Positions 45,646-57,242 of a stretch of DNA of 64,000 nucleotides are shown piece by piece (positions within the stretch are counted from its first letter, which is position 1; each line of letters starts with the position of its first letter). Source of the stretch: a cyanobacterium endosymbiont of Rhopalodia gibba (lineage in GTDB: Bacteria; Cyanobacteriota; Cyanobacteriia; Cyanobacteriales; Microcystaceae); NCBI GenBank assembly GCA_045159875.1, contig CP067995.1, forward strand, positions 32,001-96,000, written 5' to 3'. The notes below the pieces were generated by a model. The model searched no databases. It had not been told where the DNA came from and worked only from the letters and a program-made list of their open reading frames with translations. Made by a program: the position numbers and the translations under genes.

Positions 45646-47139
45646 TGTCTAGTGACAAGAGTGTGGGTAGGGAATTCTGTTTGAATACCTAACCCGTCAT
45701 TCTCCTAATTCAGAAGGTAAGGTAGTCACATCATTAAGACGAATAATATGAATTTGATATTGACCTATTGAGGGAAAAAATATCCATAGAACGCGTATTT
45801 GAGTAAATTTAGTCACTAAAATAGAAATAGCAAACGTGAATAGTCTAGGAAAAGGTTTCATAAAATTCTGTTAGAGCCACCTAAATTTTTTCTTCTATTT
45901 GTTCAAGAGACTCTGGAAATGTTCTATAGATAGGGCTGGTTTTATCGATAGGATGGATAACTCGCCAATTTAATCCAAAGATTAGAGTTTGTGCTCGTAA
46001 GAAGTTTAAATCATAAGTGGTATCTATTCAGGGGAAACTTTATCCCTGACTAAACTAAGGTGAATTTGTTTCTTTGATTTTGCCGTCTGATTTGAAGCCC
46101 GAAACATCAAGGTAGAACTCCATGAAAAAGACAAATTACCACCACTTGACTGAACAAAACTCTGTCCGTTGGTCGAGAAAAGTAAGCAAATATTAATTTT
46201 CTAAAAATAGTGACTAACAACAAATCTACTCAAATTTCTATTGTTACTAACAATTGAGCGTAGAGAGTTTTAGTATATATTTAACTATAATCTACTGTAA
46301 ATAGAATTTGACTACTAGAAAAAAAGCATCTTTAAAAGACTCGATCTAGACATTAACGATAGCATCACCGGACTTAAATAGGCACAAGCGAACAGAATAT
46401 TAATGTCTAGATAAAACAAGTTAATTAATAATAGGAATTTGTTCCGAAAGAGAGTTAATAGCCAATACCAATAATATAAGTAATTTTTCGTTAGACAGAC
46501 CTTTGGAGAGGGTTTAATGCTACCAAATCTAGTGAAATTAAATTCCTTTTTAGTGTATGCTCTAAGGGTTATCAATCAAAGACTGAGGAGAATAATATAG
46601 ACTAATTTACTTGAGATATACAATAAAAAGCCAAGTAATTAACTTAAACTTTTAGAAAATAGGAACATCAGAATAGCACAGAAAATAAAATTTTGCTTTG
46701 ATTGAGTCAAATACTATTTGTTATAGAATAAAAAAGGTTCTGTTTCATATTATTTAAAATCAATATCTTCCTAAGCATCTTTTTTCAGAAGAAAAAACTA
46801 TTGAATAAGTTGTTAAAACCAAGAAAGTCGATTAAGTATATTTAGCAAAATATATGTACAAATAAAAATTTACATAAAAAAGTAATTAATTTGCAGCTAT
46901 TAATATTTTTATTTTTAATAAACTTTAAAATTCTCAAGTACAATCTGAAAGTTCAAAATAGTCCTACCGAGGTTATTAAAAAATAATTTAACCGCTTTAA
47001 TCAGTAAATATTTTTAATTAATTCAGACAAAACAATTTTATTAATAAATGATAATTAACAAGTTTTTACTCGAGAAAAACGTTATGCTGGTGTTTAGTTT
47101 CTTTTAACTTAATTCAACCTATATCCGTTGATTATTCAC

Positions 47140-48288
47140 ATGTTTAATTTAGTTAAACCTTTTTATCCTCTTTTATTAACGGCAGTCCAAAATAACCCAG
47201 AGAGCGCACATTTACAACTTTTAAAAACCTTAAATATAGTTGATCGTACTCGTAATACTCTAGGAGGACGTTGGTTAATTTCCCAACTTGATAAGTCCTT
47301 TTGTGTCTACGATCCTCGTCTAAAACAAACATTATGGGGACTAACTTTTGATAACCCCGTAGGATTGGCTGCAGGATGTGATAAAAACGGAATAGCAGCA
47401 GCAATATGGAGTCATTTAGGCTTTGGGTTAGCGGAATTAGGAGCTGTTACCCTCCACCCTCAATCAGGAAATCCCCATCCACGTTTATTTCGTTTACCCC
47501 TTGATAAAGCGGTTTTAAACCGCCTTGGAGCGAATAATCTAGGAGCCGAAAAGATCGCTCAAACCTTGGAAAAAATTTGGCAGCGTAACCCCCGTACTAT
47601 CCCCATTGGAATTAATCTATGTAACTCTAAAATCACCCCCCTAGAAAAGGCTGCTAAGGATTATGTAGAAAGTTTTCGTTACCTTGAAAATAAGGCTGAT
47701 TATTTTGTAGTTAATGTAAGTTCTCCCAATACCCCACGATTGCGAGAACTTCAAGAAAGGGAACAACTTAAGACTATTTTACAGGAGTTACAAAACGCAA
47801 ATGAACAGCAGAAACCCCTCTTTGTCAAAATTGCACCAGACTTAGATAGGGAAATGATTGTAACGATTATTGAATTGGCCCAAGCTCATAAATTATCTGG
47901 AATTGTCGCAACGAACACTACTATTAAACGAGAAGGATTAACCACTAACATTCTCCCAGAAACAGGAAATAAAATTCAAGAAGAAGCAGGGGGAATTAGT
48001 GGACTCCCTATCCGTGATCTCTCAACAGAAATCATCCGTTTTATTTACCAACAAACTCAAGGAAAATTGCCCATTATTGGAGTCGGGGGGATTTTTACCC
48101 CAGAAGATGCCTGGGATAAAATTACAGCTGGAGCTAGTTTATTACAAATATACACCGGATGGATTTATCAAGGACCCTGGATTATTCCACAAATTTTAAC
48201 TGGCTTAGGTAAGAAATTAGAACAAGAAGGTTTATTACATATATCTCAAGCAGTAGGTATAAGAGCAAATATAGGAGCCTGGAAGTGA
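47140..48288 (+). CDS. pyrD: Quinone-dependent dihydroorotate dehydrogenase (class 2)
   Basis: [47 protein letters not shown] 47140 preferred. Confidence 0.94.
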   Translation: MFNLVKPFYPLLLTAVQNNPESAHLQLLKTLNIVDRTRNTLGGRWLISQLDKSFCVYDPRLKQTLWGLTFDNPVGLAAGCDKNGIAAAIWSHLGFGLAELGAVTLHPQSGNPHPRLFRLPLDKAVLNRLGANNLGAEKIAQTLEKIWQRNPRTIPIGINLCNSKITPLEKAAKDYVESFRYLENKADYFVVNVSSPNTPRLRELQEREQLKTILQELQNANEQQKPLFVKIAPDLDREMIVTIIELAQAHKLSGIVATNTTIKREGLTTNILPETGNKIQEEAGGISGLPIRDLSTEIIRFIYQQTQGKLPIIGVGGIFTPEDAWDKITAGASLLQIYTGWIYQGPWIIPQILTGLGKKLEQEGLLHISQAVGIRANIGAWK

Positions 48289-48509
48289 AGGCAGTACACC
48301 GTCATAAAATTTCAGAGAAAGCCATAATAGGTTTGGGTAAAGGATTATAATGCCTGTGAACAAGAGAGGATTAACTAAAATGAGACATAATTCCCTTATT
48401 TACATCTGATAGATTCTCACTCAGAAACAACTTCATCATCATTACAGATTGGTTACGGCAGTTACCTTTTCTTGGCTGTTTTATAGCAGGTTTAAATTGG
48501 GTAGCTTAT

Positions 48510-49380
48510 ACTAGCAGTAATACATAAACCAGCCAATTATGTCTTCATCGATTACTAAATCAGTCGCTTGATTGAGACCTCTAGAATTCGGGGATTCTTG
48601 AGTTTGTAAATCTTCTTTTATTTTTGACCAAAGGAAATAAAAGTATAATTTTTGCTCCTATAGATTTTATCAGTTTTCTAACTTTTCTAACTTTTGTGAC
48701 TTTATAAGCCGGTTAGTTATCTACGACCACACAAGCTCCTAGCTACAGTTGTGGTATCAGCACTTGTGTAACAGAAATTAAGAAACGCTATTTTTCCATC
48801 GTTTAAAAGTAAAAGTAGCCACAAAACACGATGTTACAAGCGATCCAATTAATGTAATATTTTTTACTCGATATATTGGGTTATTTTCCCTTTAGTTGCT
48901 CTGGCACACTGACGAGTGATAGCTAGCTCAACTTCAGTTTCGTCAATCAAAACTAGGACTGAAAGTTTGAGTTGTCCAAGTGCTGTTTAATATCCCAGTC
49001 TCGAAGTTTGACCCATATCTGTGTAAGCTTCCAAAGTATGAAGTATTTTTCTGGGTTGACTTAAGTTTTTGGACGAAACGACACATGGTCAGAATATTAA
49101 TAGTCATACCTATTTTTTATGTAAGCGAGTACTTAGTTTTTGTAGAGAAATATCATTATCTTATTTTGATAATTTTTTTAAAATGTTAAGTTGTTCTGTC
49201 CCAATTAAAGAGAGGTTTTCTAGGCTATAGTAGAATTACTCTATGCTTTTTGTTGCTTTCTAATGTCTGAGGAGACAATTGACAAAACCATAACTGATTT
49301 AAAAACTTTCTGCTAGTTGTGGGGTCGATTGATTGGTCTTATTGTTAGTTTCTATTTTTTTAGTAAAAATATCTATAAAA
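48510..49380 (-). mobile_element. IS630-family transposase fossil (copy 2)
   Basis: LVLIDETEV, KNITLIGSL, QVLIPQL*LGACVVVDN, WSKIKE, DEDIIGWF; shares TTGTGGTATCAG(T/C)AC with copy 1 (48749 vs 36606). Confidence 0.8.
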
Positions 49381-49483
49381 TTTAATTTCATTGTTTTAGT
49401 TTTTTCACTTTAATCCATCCAAATAAAAACTGCTATAAGTTCTCATGACTATGAGTTGTTAGCATTCCAGGAACTTGAAATAA

Positions 49484-49525
49484 TGCCCACTTTCACTTCT
49501 TATGTTTAAGAAGTGAAAGTGGGCA
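49484..49525. repeat. Perfect 19-bp inverted repeat
   Basis: TGCCCACTTTCACTTCTTA-TGTT-TAAGAAGTGAAAGTGGGCA. Confidence 0.85.
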
Positions 49526-50153
49526 GTTAAGACCTTTTTATTTACTAATCAACATGCTCATCATCCATGAAGAAATATCTAGTCCTTTATGAAGGAGAAA
49601 AAACCAGGAGTTATGCATTGACAGATCAACTCAAATATGAAGTACATGCAAGCGGAGAATAAAGTGATTGTCAAATCCTAACATTAAGGCTGCAACCATT
49701 AATCCGAAATGTTTGAGGATTTACCTCATAAGAGCATAAACTGTTTATCTCCGAAAGAAAATTATAAACTTATTGATTTATGCAATAAAGTTAAATAAAA
49801 CATTAGATTTATAGTAGGCGGAACCTCGAATATTGATGATACGGTTTTTCCTTATAAAAGAGGTTAACATTGAGGCAGAGTTAACACAGTCAAAGAAAAG
49901 ACAAGCTTAATCAATTGATTTATAGAAGCCAACCGAGATTACAGTATCAGTAAACTTTATGAGCAGTATCTAGTGTATTAGAATCGACACAGAGATAGCC
50001 TATTCATATCAATTTGATGGTATTAAAGGTGAAGGACGTGATAACCGTAGTAATTTTCGGGGTTTAGAATATCTTGCTTAGCCTAGTGCTTCAAAGTATG
50101 GTGCTCTGATGAATTTCCTAGCCAGGAGCTTTTTCTGCTTACAAGCTTACAGA

Positions 50154-50179
50154 CTAAATCCCCCTAAAAAAGGGGGACT
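50154..50179 (-). repeat. Cyanobacterial small dispersed repeat remnant / hairpin after aminotransferase
   Basis: Reverse complement AGTCCCCCTTTTTTAGGGGGATTTAG resembles the common cyanobacterial CCCCCTT..AAGGGGGATTTAGGGGG repeat. Confidence 0.55.
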
Positions 50180-50195
50180 AGAACTTCAAGACCGA

Positions 50196-51344
50196 TTACC
50201 CTAAAATCTTAGAAGCAGCAGCGACTCCTACTCCTGGGGCCGCTTTTTGACTACCTAGGGTAATTAAGACAGATTCCAAAGCAGCGATCACTGTTAAAAT
50301 ATCTCGCTCACTGACAAAACCTAAGTGACCGATGCGGAAAATTTTCCCTTTAAGGTGATCCTGTCCTCCCGCTAGAGAAATATCAAATTGCTTTTTAATC
50401 GTTGATCGAATAGCTTCAGCTGTAACTCCTGTCGACATAACAGCCGTTACGGCGGTGCTCGCCGCCTCATCATCGGCTAACAAAGGCAGCCCTAAGGCCT
50501 TAACCCCTGCGCGAGTCGCCTCAGTTAAACGACGATGACGGGTAAACATTTCTTTTAACCCTTCGGCTTTCATCATTTCTAAAGCCACTTGTAATCCATA
50601 CATTAAGTTAACCGGAGGGGTAAAAGGGGAGCTATTTTTATATGTTGCTTTTCTATACGCCCCTAAATCTAGATAAAACTTAGGAAGATTTGCAGTTTCG
50701 TAAGCTTTCCAGGCTTTTTGACTAACACACACGAAACCCAACCCCGGAGGGATCATATAACCTTTTTGGGAACCAGAACTGACCACATCTAAGCCCCAGT
50801 CATCAACAGGAACGTTGACAGCACCTAAACTGGTTACAGCATCGACGATAATTAAAGCTTCCCCGTGATTTTTGACATATTTATTAATAGTTTCTAAGGG
50901 ATTGATTACCCCTGTTGAGGTTTCTGAATGAGTTATAATAACCGCTTTAATGTGTTTTTGACTGTCAGCTTCCAATTTTTTGCGAAAGGCTTCAGAATCT
51001 AGAGGTTTGCCCCATTCGGCAGTAATTTCTTCTACTTCTAACCCAAACACTCGACTAATTTTCCCCCACCGTTCACCAAACTTTCCATTATTACCAACTA
51101 ATACACGATCGCCAGGACTCAAAAAATTAATAATCCCTGCTTCCATCGCCCCAGTTCCGCTAACAGTTAACATCAAGACATCACTCTGGGTTTGATGTAA
51201 CCATTTAAGGTTTTCAGTAATTTCTGCAATAATTTCACCGAAACCACTACTGCGATGACCGATGGGATGTTTGGCCATAGCTAGCAAAACCTTTTCGGGT
51301 ACAGGGGTTGGTCCTGGGATCATTAACATATGCTTATCTTCCAT
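50196..51344 (-). CDS. Class V PLP aminotransferase (serine/alanine-glyoxylate type; cyanobacterial phosphoserine aminotransferase-like)
   Basis: LMIPGPTP, SGTGAME, HSETSTG, VDAVTS, GSQKG, FRIGHLG. Confidence 0.9.
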   Translation of the reverse strand: MEDKHMLMIPGPTPVPEKVLLAMAKHPIGHRSSGFGEIIAEITENLKWLHQTQSDVLMLTVSGTGAMEAGIINFLSPGDRVLVGNNGKFGERWGKISRVFGLEVEEITAEWGKPLDSEAFRKKLEADSQKHIKAVIITHSETSTGVINPLETINKYVKNHGEALIIVDAVTSLGAVNVPVDDWGLDVVSSGSQKGYMIPPGLGFVCVSQKAWKAYETANLPKFYLDLGAYRKATYKNSSPFTPPVNLMYGLQVALEMMKAEGLKEMFTRHRRLTEATRAGVKALGLPLLADDEAASTAVTAVMSTGVTAEAIRSTIKKQFDISLAGGQDHLKGKIFRIGHLGFVSERDILTVIAALESVLITLGSQKAAPGVGVAAASKILG

Positions 51345-51664
51345 GAATTCTGGCTCCTGTTTCGGGTTGAAATTCTTCCAAATAGTCAGTCTACTCCATT
51401 CTTATTCACCCTAAAAAGTTAAGCTGATGGCTTTGGTTATTTTTAAGGTTTAATTCAGGTTTATTTTTTTAGGAGGGAAAAGAGACTTCATGTCTAGTTA
51501 CAAGTTATCAATTATCATCGATGGTCTTGATTTAAGCAAAAAGTATAACACGGTAAAATTCCAGCGACTCATGATAATTTTTGCAAATATTGATGATTAG
51601 TCCCTAGGAATTATTCTGAATTTGTTGTTAAAACTATCTATATTACCTATACTAGTCACTTTAT

Positions 51665-52546
51665 TCAAGAAAATAATTGAGTGATAGCCTCGGTGATATC
51701 AGGTTGTTTCACTAAAGATTCCCCAATTAATACTCCATCAGCCCCGGCTTCCTGAACAAATTTGAGGTCATCACAAGTATGCAATCCTGACTCGCTAATA
51801 ATTTTAATTCCTCGTTTTTTAATTGTGTCCCGTCGAGCAGCTAATAATTTTCTAGTGATGTTAAGGTCTACCTCAAAGGTCTCTAAGTTACGGTTGTTAA
51901 TTCCAATCAAGGATACGCCTTCAACGCCTAAGGCTCGATCCAATTCCTCTAGGGAGTGAACTTCAATTAGAGAAGCCATACCTAAGGATTTGGCAATTTT
52001 CACAAAGTAGGTAAGATCACTATCATTTAAAATAGCGGCAATCAGTAACACGCTATCAGCTCCATTGGTACGAGCAAGGTAAATTTGATAGGGATAGAGA
52101 ATAAACTCTTTACACATTAGAGGCAAATTGACTGTTTTACGCACTAGGGCAAGGTTATCAAAGCTTCCTTGAAAAAATTTATTGTCGGTTAGTACTGACA
52201 AACAACTCGCTCCTCCTCTAGCATAAGATTGAGCGATCGCTACCGGATCAAAATCTTCACGGAGCACTCCTCTACTAGGGGAAGCTTTTTTGAGTTCTGC
52301 AATTAAAGCTGGTTGGGTTTTTGCCGAAGTGATAGCGGCTAAAAAATCCTTCGGGGGGGGTAAGTCTTTCACTAATTTGCGCAACTCTAACAGGGGTAAA
52401 CGTTGTCTTAGACGATCAACTTCTTTTTCTTTATACCAAACAATTTTTTCAAGAATGTGTCGCGGTTGCTCATCGGGAATATGAACTTGATAACGGCAAA
52501 CATCAACATCTATGGCAGGATTAGGAGAACGTCTTCGGATTTGCAT
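51665..52546 (-). CDS. trpC: Indole-3-glycerol phosphate synthase
   Basis: [38 protein letters not shown]; cyanobacterial MQIRRR start. Confidence 0.96.
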   Translation of the reverse strand: MQIRRRSPNPAIDVDVCRYQVHIPDEQPRHILEKIVWYKEKEVDRLRQRLPLLELRKLVKDLPPPKDFLAAITSAKTQPALIAELKKASPSRGVLREDFDPVAIAQSYARGGASCLSVLTDNKFFQGSFDNLALVRKTVNLPLMCKEFILYPYQIYLARTNGADSVLLIAAILNDSDLTYFVKIAKSLGMASLIEVHSLEELDRALGVEGVSLIGINNRNLETFEVDLNITRKLLAARRDTIKKRGIKIISESGLHTCDDLKFVQEAGADGVLIGESLVKQPDITEAITQLFS

Positions 52547-52770
52547 AGGAGTCAGCAACAAAAATACAAATTAGGCTAAGCAACATCTTAGCCCTGCGAT
52601 CCTATCACAACTGTTTGTCGCTATAGCTAAAATGAGATATTTTTGCCCTACTTCGTGTATTTCTGTTGTCTTATCCCAATATTTCAAATTCTCCTCCTCT
52701 AGCTAGAATGAAAGGTATATATAGGTTTTCAATAAGTTCTTAATCCTATCAATTTTAATTATCTTCGACC

Positions 52771-52959
52771 ATGAATACTGTTAAAGAGAAAATCCAATCG
52801 ATCTTGAATCAATTACCAGATGATTGTTCAATTGAAGATATCCAGTATCATTTATACGTACTTGAAAAAGTGCGTCAAGGATTATACGTTGCCGATCAGG
52901 GAACTACCTTACAACAGGAGGAAGTTGAGGGTCTTCTAAACAAATGGCTTATCGAGTAA
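52771..52959 (+). CDS. Small antitoxin-like protein of type II TA pair
   Basis: LPDDCSIEDIQYHLYVLEKVRQGL...EEVE; overlaps downstream toxin start by 16 nt. Confidence 0.7.
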   Translation: MNTVKEKIQSILNQLPDDCSIEDIQYHLYVLEKVRQGLYVADQGTTLQQEEVEGLLNKWLIE

Positions 52960-53240
52960 TTTGGTCTTCCAAAGCAATTGAGGATGTCGATGCAATTGCC
53001 ACATATATAGCCCGCGACTCGCCCTCTTATGCGGCGGCCGTCGTCCGTCAAATCCTAGACATTACCCACCGTCTTCAGGAATGTCCCCTAGCCGGAACAA
53101 TTATTTCCGAAGGGGACAATTTAACAATTCGTGACAAGTTGGCCTATACTTATCGCGTAATTTATCGAGTTCGAGACGAAACGGTAACAGTGGCGGTGAT
53201 CGTCCATACAAAGTGTTTGTTAGGATTTGCTAATTCTTAA
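52944..53240 (+). CDS. RelE/ParE family toxin
   Basis: YRVIWSSKAIEDVDAIATYIARDSP, YRVIYRV, IVH; 98 aa. Confidence 0.82.
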   Translation: MAYRVIWSSKAIEDVDAIATYIARDSPSYAAAVVRQILDITHRLQECPLAGTIISEGDNLTIRDKLAYTYRVIYRVRDETVTVAVIVHTKCLLGFANS

Positions 53241-53266
53241 GGAAATACCCTTAAAATAGGGTTATT

Positions 53267-53295
53267 AGTACTCCCTTAAGCGTCAAGGGAGTATT
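53267..53295. terminator. Hairpin between convergent toxin gene and rnz
   Basis: TACTCCCTT-AAGCGTC-AAGGGAGTA. Confidence 0.55.
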
Positions 53296-53381
53296 AGCCT
53301 TATTTTCAAATAATTAATATTGTTGTCATAGCATCTATACTCATTAGCTATTGTTAACTACCGAGTTTTTTCCAATGCTTC

Positions 53382-54320
53382 TTAAGATGGTCTCCTTCTG
53401 GGGATTTCATAGGTCATAAAATCACGGGCAAGAAGAGTATTGGGAAAGATTGCCTTAGCTTCTGTTAGTAGATCAAATAATTGTAATACATTACCAGGGG
53501 CATAACGAGGACTAAAATGGGTCATAATTAAGTGTTTAACGCCAGCCATTAAGGCGACTTGTGCTGCCATGGTTGAGGTAGAATGAAGACGGTCAAAGGC
53601 TAATTGAGCATCTTGGTGGGCAAATGTTGCTTCATGGATTAAGACATCTCCCCCTTGCGCTAAGGCTACAGCCTCATCACAAAAGACTGTATCAGTGCAA
53701 TAAATAATTTTACGACCGGTTTCTTTATCTCCACACAGGTCTTTTCCTCGAATATGACGACCATCGGGTAAAGTGACAAGTTCACCTCGTTTGAGCTGAC
53801 CGTAAATCGGTCCTGGAGGAATTCCTAAAGCAGTTGCTTTTTCTATGTCAAAGCGACCTGGACGATCTTTTTCTTCAATACGATAACCATAGGCTGGAAC
53901 ACGGTGTTTGAGTAACCCACAACGAACGATAAATTGATCATCTTCGTATATGACACCAGGGCTTACTTGATAAACCCGTACTCGATGAGAGAGTTTTATC
54001 TGGGAATACTTAGCACAAGCTTTCAAGTAGACTACTAAGTCTGGTGGCCCATAAATTTCGATGTCTTGGGCATTTCCTGCTAAACCACAACTAGCTAACA
54101 GTCCCATTAACCCATAGATGTGATCGCCGTGCATATGGGTGACGAAAATTCTGGTGATTTGGGAAATTTTGAGATCACTGCGTAAAAGTTGATGTTGAGT
54201 TCCCTCCCCACAGTCGAACAGCCAGACTTCTGCCCTTTGGGGCAGACGTAAAGCAAGACTTGATACGTTCCGTGATCGCGTCGGCACACCAGAACTGGTT
54301 CCTAAAAAGGTGATCTCCAC
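53382..54320 (-). CDS. rnz: Ribonuclease Z
   Basis: [24 protein letters not shown], exosite GIPPGP, HEATF, THFSPRY. Confidence 0.96.
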   Translation of the reverse strand: MEITFLGTSSGVPTRSRNVSSLALRLPQRAEVWLFDCGEGTQHQLLRSDLKISQITRIFVTHMHGDHIYGLMGLLASCGLAGNAQDIEIYGPPDLVVYLKACAKYSQIKLSHRVRVYQVSPGVIYEDDQFIVRCGLLKHRVPAYGYRIEEKDRPGRFDIEKATALGIPPGPIYGQLKRGELVTLPDGRHIRGKDLCGDKETGRKIIYCTDTVFCDEAVALAQGGDVLIHEATFAHQDAQLAFDRLHSTSTMAAQVALMAGVKHLIMTHFSPRYAPGNVLQLFDLLTEAKAIFPNTLLARDFMTYEIPRRRPS

Positions 54321-54767
54321 AATAATTTAACTCTGCTTGCTTTGGGACTGTCCATCCATTTTAATCTTTTCCGTTTAACTGAAATCTTGCACTGCCTTAA
54401 AAATTAACTAAGTAAGGGAGATAAGGGGAAAAAATATAGAATTTTGGCAATAAATTATCTAATTTTACGCTTACCTATCTGACTTTAACAATGAATTATT
54501 TAGCGTGTTTAGTTTGATTGTACTAGTACAGGACATGAGTTTAATCTTCTCAATATTTGAGATCTTATAGAGAGGATTCTGGCAGATAGATTGGAGCAAA
54601 AGATAGCAACAGCAATCTTGTAGAGATTGCTGGTTTTGCTGTAGACAAGTATACTTATAACCTATATTTTTTAAACAAACAAGGTATTACGATAATTACC
54701 CGAAGTCAATTACCCAGCAAACATTTTAATTGTTTTTAGTAAAAAGTAAAAATAATTATTTAAATTT

Positions 54768-54811
54768 AAATGTGAATTTATTTTTAAAATTTTAAAAATA
54801 AATTCACATTT
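54768..54811. repeat. Perfect 44-bp loopless palindrome
   Basis: AAATGTGAATTTATTTTTAAAA|TTTTAAAAATAAATTCACATTT. Confidence 0.9.
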
Positions 54812-54959
54812 TATAGGGTTTTATTCCTAATAATTTAGGGTAATTCATACTAATTTTTGAATTGTTGGCAAAAAATCGCTCCTGCATATTTTTAAAATCT
54901 ATCAAATAGATTTTAAATTAAAGTTTATTTTTTAGATGAAGAGTAATGCTGAATTTATG

Positions 54960-55870
54960 ATTTAGAACTAGTTAGTAAAATTCTACACTAAAAAATTATA
55001 GATTTTTTTGTTAGTAATATCTTTTACTACTCCTTGAGTTTTTTCAAAAAATATCTATTTTCTAGTCAAATATCCCAATTAGTTCATAAATTTTGGGTAT
55101 AATAAATGAGTTTTTTGAGACTAATTACATAATTTTAGTTTTCTTGAAAGAAGTCTAAAATTTATTGAGAATAACAACCATATTTTTTAAAAAAAATGCT
55201 GAAGACATAAGAAATATAGTGACTTTTTACTTAAGGCTTTAGTTTTATCATCTAATTGAATATTAACTTATTTCAATACACAAAAAATATCTACAAATAC
55301 TTAGATTTTTGGCATTAATTCCCGGTATTCTAGCTATTTTACTCTTCTTTAAAATTTTCTTATTTCTATAATTCCTAGGCTTAACACGCTTATCTAAATC
55401 TACTAACACTACACAATAACTTTCTTATATTTTAATTGCAGTAATTTCATCAATTATTAACCGTTTTCATATTTTTTATATCTGCAATTTTTAATTTAAA
55501 TCTTTAAATATTACTTTTATTGCTTATTCATTGATTTGATTTTCAGGTCACTATTCAAATACCTCTTCAATCATTTTTACTTCAAATCTTTGAGAAGATA
55601 TTCTTTTTTTAAGCATCTTAACTCTTATATAGATTTTTTTATATTAATTACATCTCATTTAACGAAAATTAATCTTGAAATAGACTACTTTTTCAACCGA
55701 AGGCGAATATCTAATAGTTGATTTATTATTTTAATCAAGTTTCCCGGTGCTTGAACTACAATAAATACAAGCTGCTGTCACAGTCTATTTGTCTGAGAAA
55801 TCAGACTATCACTATCTTATCTAAAATCTGATAATTGATAATAACAATTCCTTATAGATGGGAAATTTCA
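54960..55870 (-). mobile_element. ISL3-family transposase fossil
   Basis: ACIYC..IRYSP..VVYFKINFR and KRLIIDEITAIKI*ESYCVVLVDLDKR (55386-55466). Confidence 0.7.
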
Positions 55871-56042
55871 TTAGTTAAACTTAGTTAATAATTTAATGCC
55901 ATAAATATAAATTAAGTATAGATATTGAGTTGAACATAATTCAATTTAAACATAAAAACTACTGGAATATTTTTTAATTAAATAATTAGAGTTTTGAGGA
56001 GATTTTTATTAAGAATTAATTGTGTATTGATATTTTTAATTT

Positions 56043-57242
56043 TTACATAACAAGTTTGCTGGGAACGGATAAAGTAACAACGGGAGCTTCATTATTTTCC
56101 CTAGCTACTCTAATTAATAAAGCGGCTAAAGTTAAACTTGCTAAACTCGAACTTCCTCCATAGCTAAAAAAAGGAAAGGGTAAACCCGTTGTGGGCAAAG
56201 CACCTGTTGCTACACCAATGTTAAGTAAGGCTTGTCCCACCATTATGACCATGACTCCAATAGCTACTAGTCGTTTGACTCGATGACGGCATTTCATGGC
56301 AATTCGTAGGGCAAAAGTCGCATAGCTAAATAGAAATAATAACAAAATAATTCCTCCCACAAAGCCAAATTCTTCTGCGAAAACTGAAAAGATAAAGTCA
56401 GTATATTGGATAGGTAAATAGAAAAGTTTTTGTTGAGACATCCCATATCCTGTGCCAAATGTTCCCCCTGAACCGACTGCCATTAAACTTTGTACTAATT
56501 GATAGCCATTCCCCATAGGGTCTTCCCAAGGATTAAGAAATGCTGTGACCCGTTCCCGTTGGTACTCTCGTAAACTAATACTAATAAAGGCAGTCAAAGC
56601 CCCCCCTAAAGCAGTTGAGGTTAAATAAATTGCCGGAATTCCTGACGCGACAGCAATTAGCCAAAGACTCATTCCACATAAAGCAGTAGTACTTAAATTA
56701 GGTTGTAATAAAATTGAAGCTAAAATAACTGCAAAGGCGATTAACCATTGCCAACGAATTCGCCAGGGCAGCCGTTCCCATTGTCCAAAAATTAGGGAAC
56801 TTTGTAAGACTAAAAAAGGTTTCATTAATTCTGATGGTTGAATCAAAATTGGACCTAATTTTATCCAACGAGTGGCACCGTTGATATTTTCTCCCAAACC
56901 AGGAACATGAGTTGACAGGATCAATCCTAATACTAAAAATAAACACCAAGGGGACAGTTTAAATAAATATTGTAGAGGTAATCGCACAATTATATTAAAC
57001 CCTTGTAATCCAGTCCAAGTCCAGATTAACTGACGGATCATATAGTACCATCCATTCCCTGTTTCGGCTTCAGCGACGGCATAGGAAGCGGAAAACAGGA
57101 TAATTAAGCCTAGGGATATCCACAAGAAGGTTAGCCAGCGTAAAAAGCGGGCTTCTTCTGACCAGTGTCGAACATCGGGATCGAAAATAGGAATGATATA
57201 ACGTAACACAGTCTGTTTGGAGTTTCGATTAACCCAGACCAT
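56043..57242 (-). CDS. ftsW: FtsW/RodA SEDS family peptidoglycan polymerase
   Basis: NGATRWI, IQPSELMK, QPNLST, GYQLVQS, TDFIFSV, PFFSYGGSS. Confidence 0.9.
   Translation of the reverse strand: MVWVNRNSKQTVLRYIIPIFDPDVRHWSEEARFLRWLTFLWISLGLIILFSASYAVAEAETGNGWYYMIRQLIWTWTGLQGFNIIVRLPLQYLFKLSPWCLFLVLGLILSTHVPGLGENINGATRWIKLGPILIQPSELMKPFLVLQSSLIFGQWERLPWRIRWQWLIAFAVILASILLQPNLSTTALCGMSLWLIAVASGIPAIYLTSTALGGALTAFISISLREYQRERVTAFLNPWEDPMGNGYQLVQSLMAVGSGGTFGTGYGMSQQKLFYLPIQYTDFIFSVFAEEFGFVGGIILLLFLFSYATFALRIAMKCRHRVKRLVAIGVMVIMVGQALLNIGVATGALPTTGLPFPFFSYGGSSSLASLTLAALLIRVARENNEAPVVTLSVPSKLVM

Noticed and set aside
45760..46600. dnaB after rplI, or a cytochrome P450 remnant
   Set aside because: No DnaB motifs; the TFGEG fragment is too weak to call. 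Region is probably decayed coding DNA of unknown identity.
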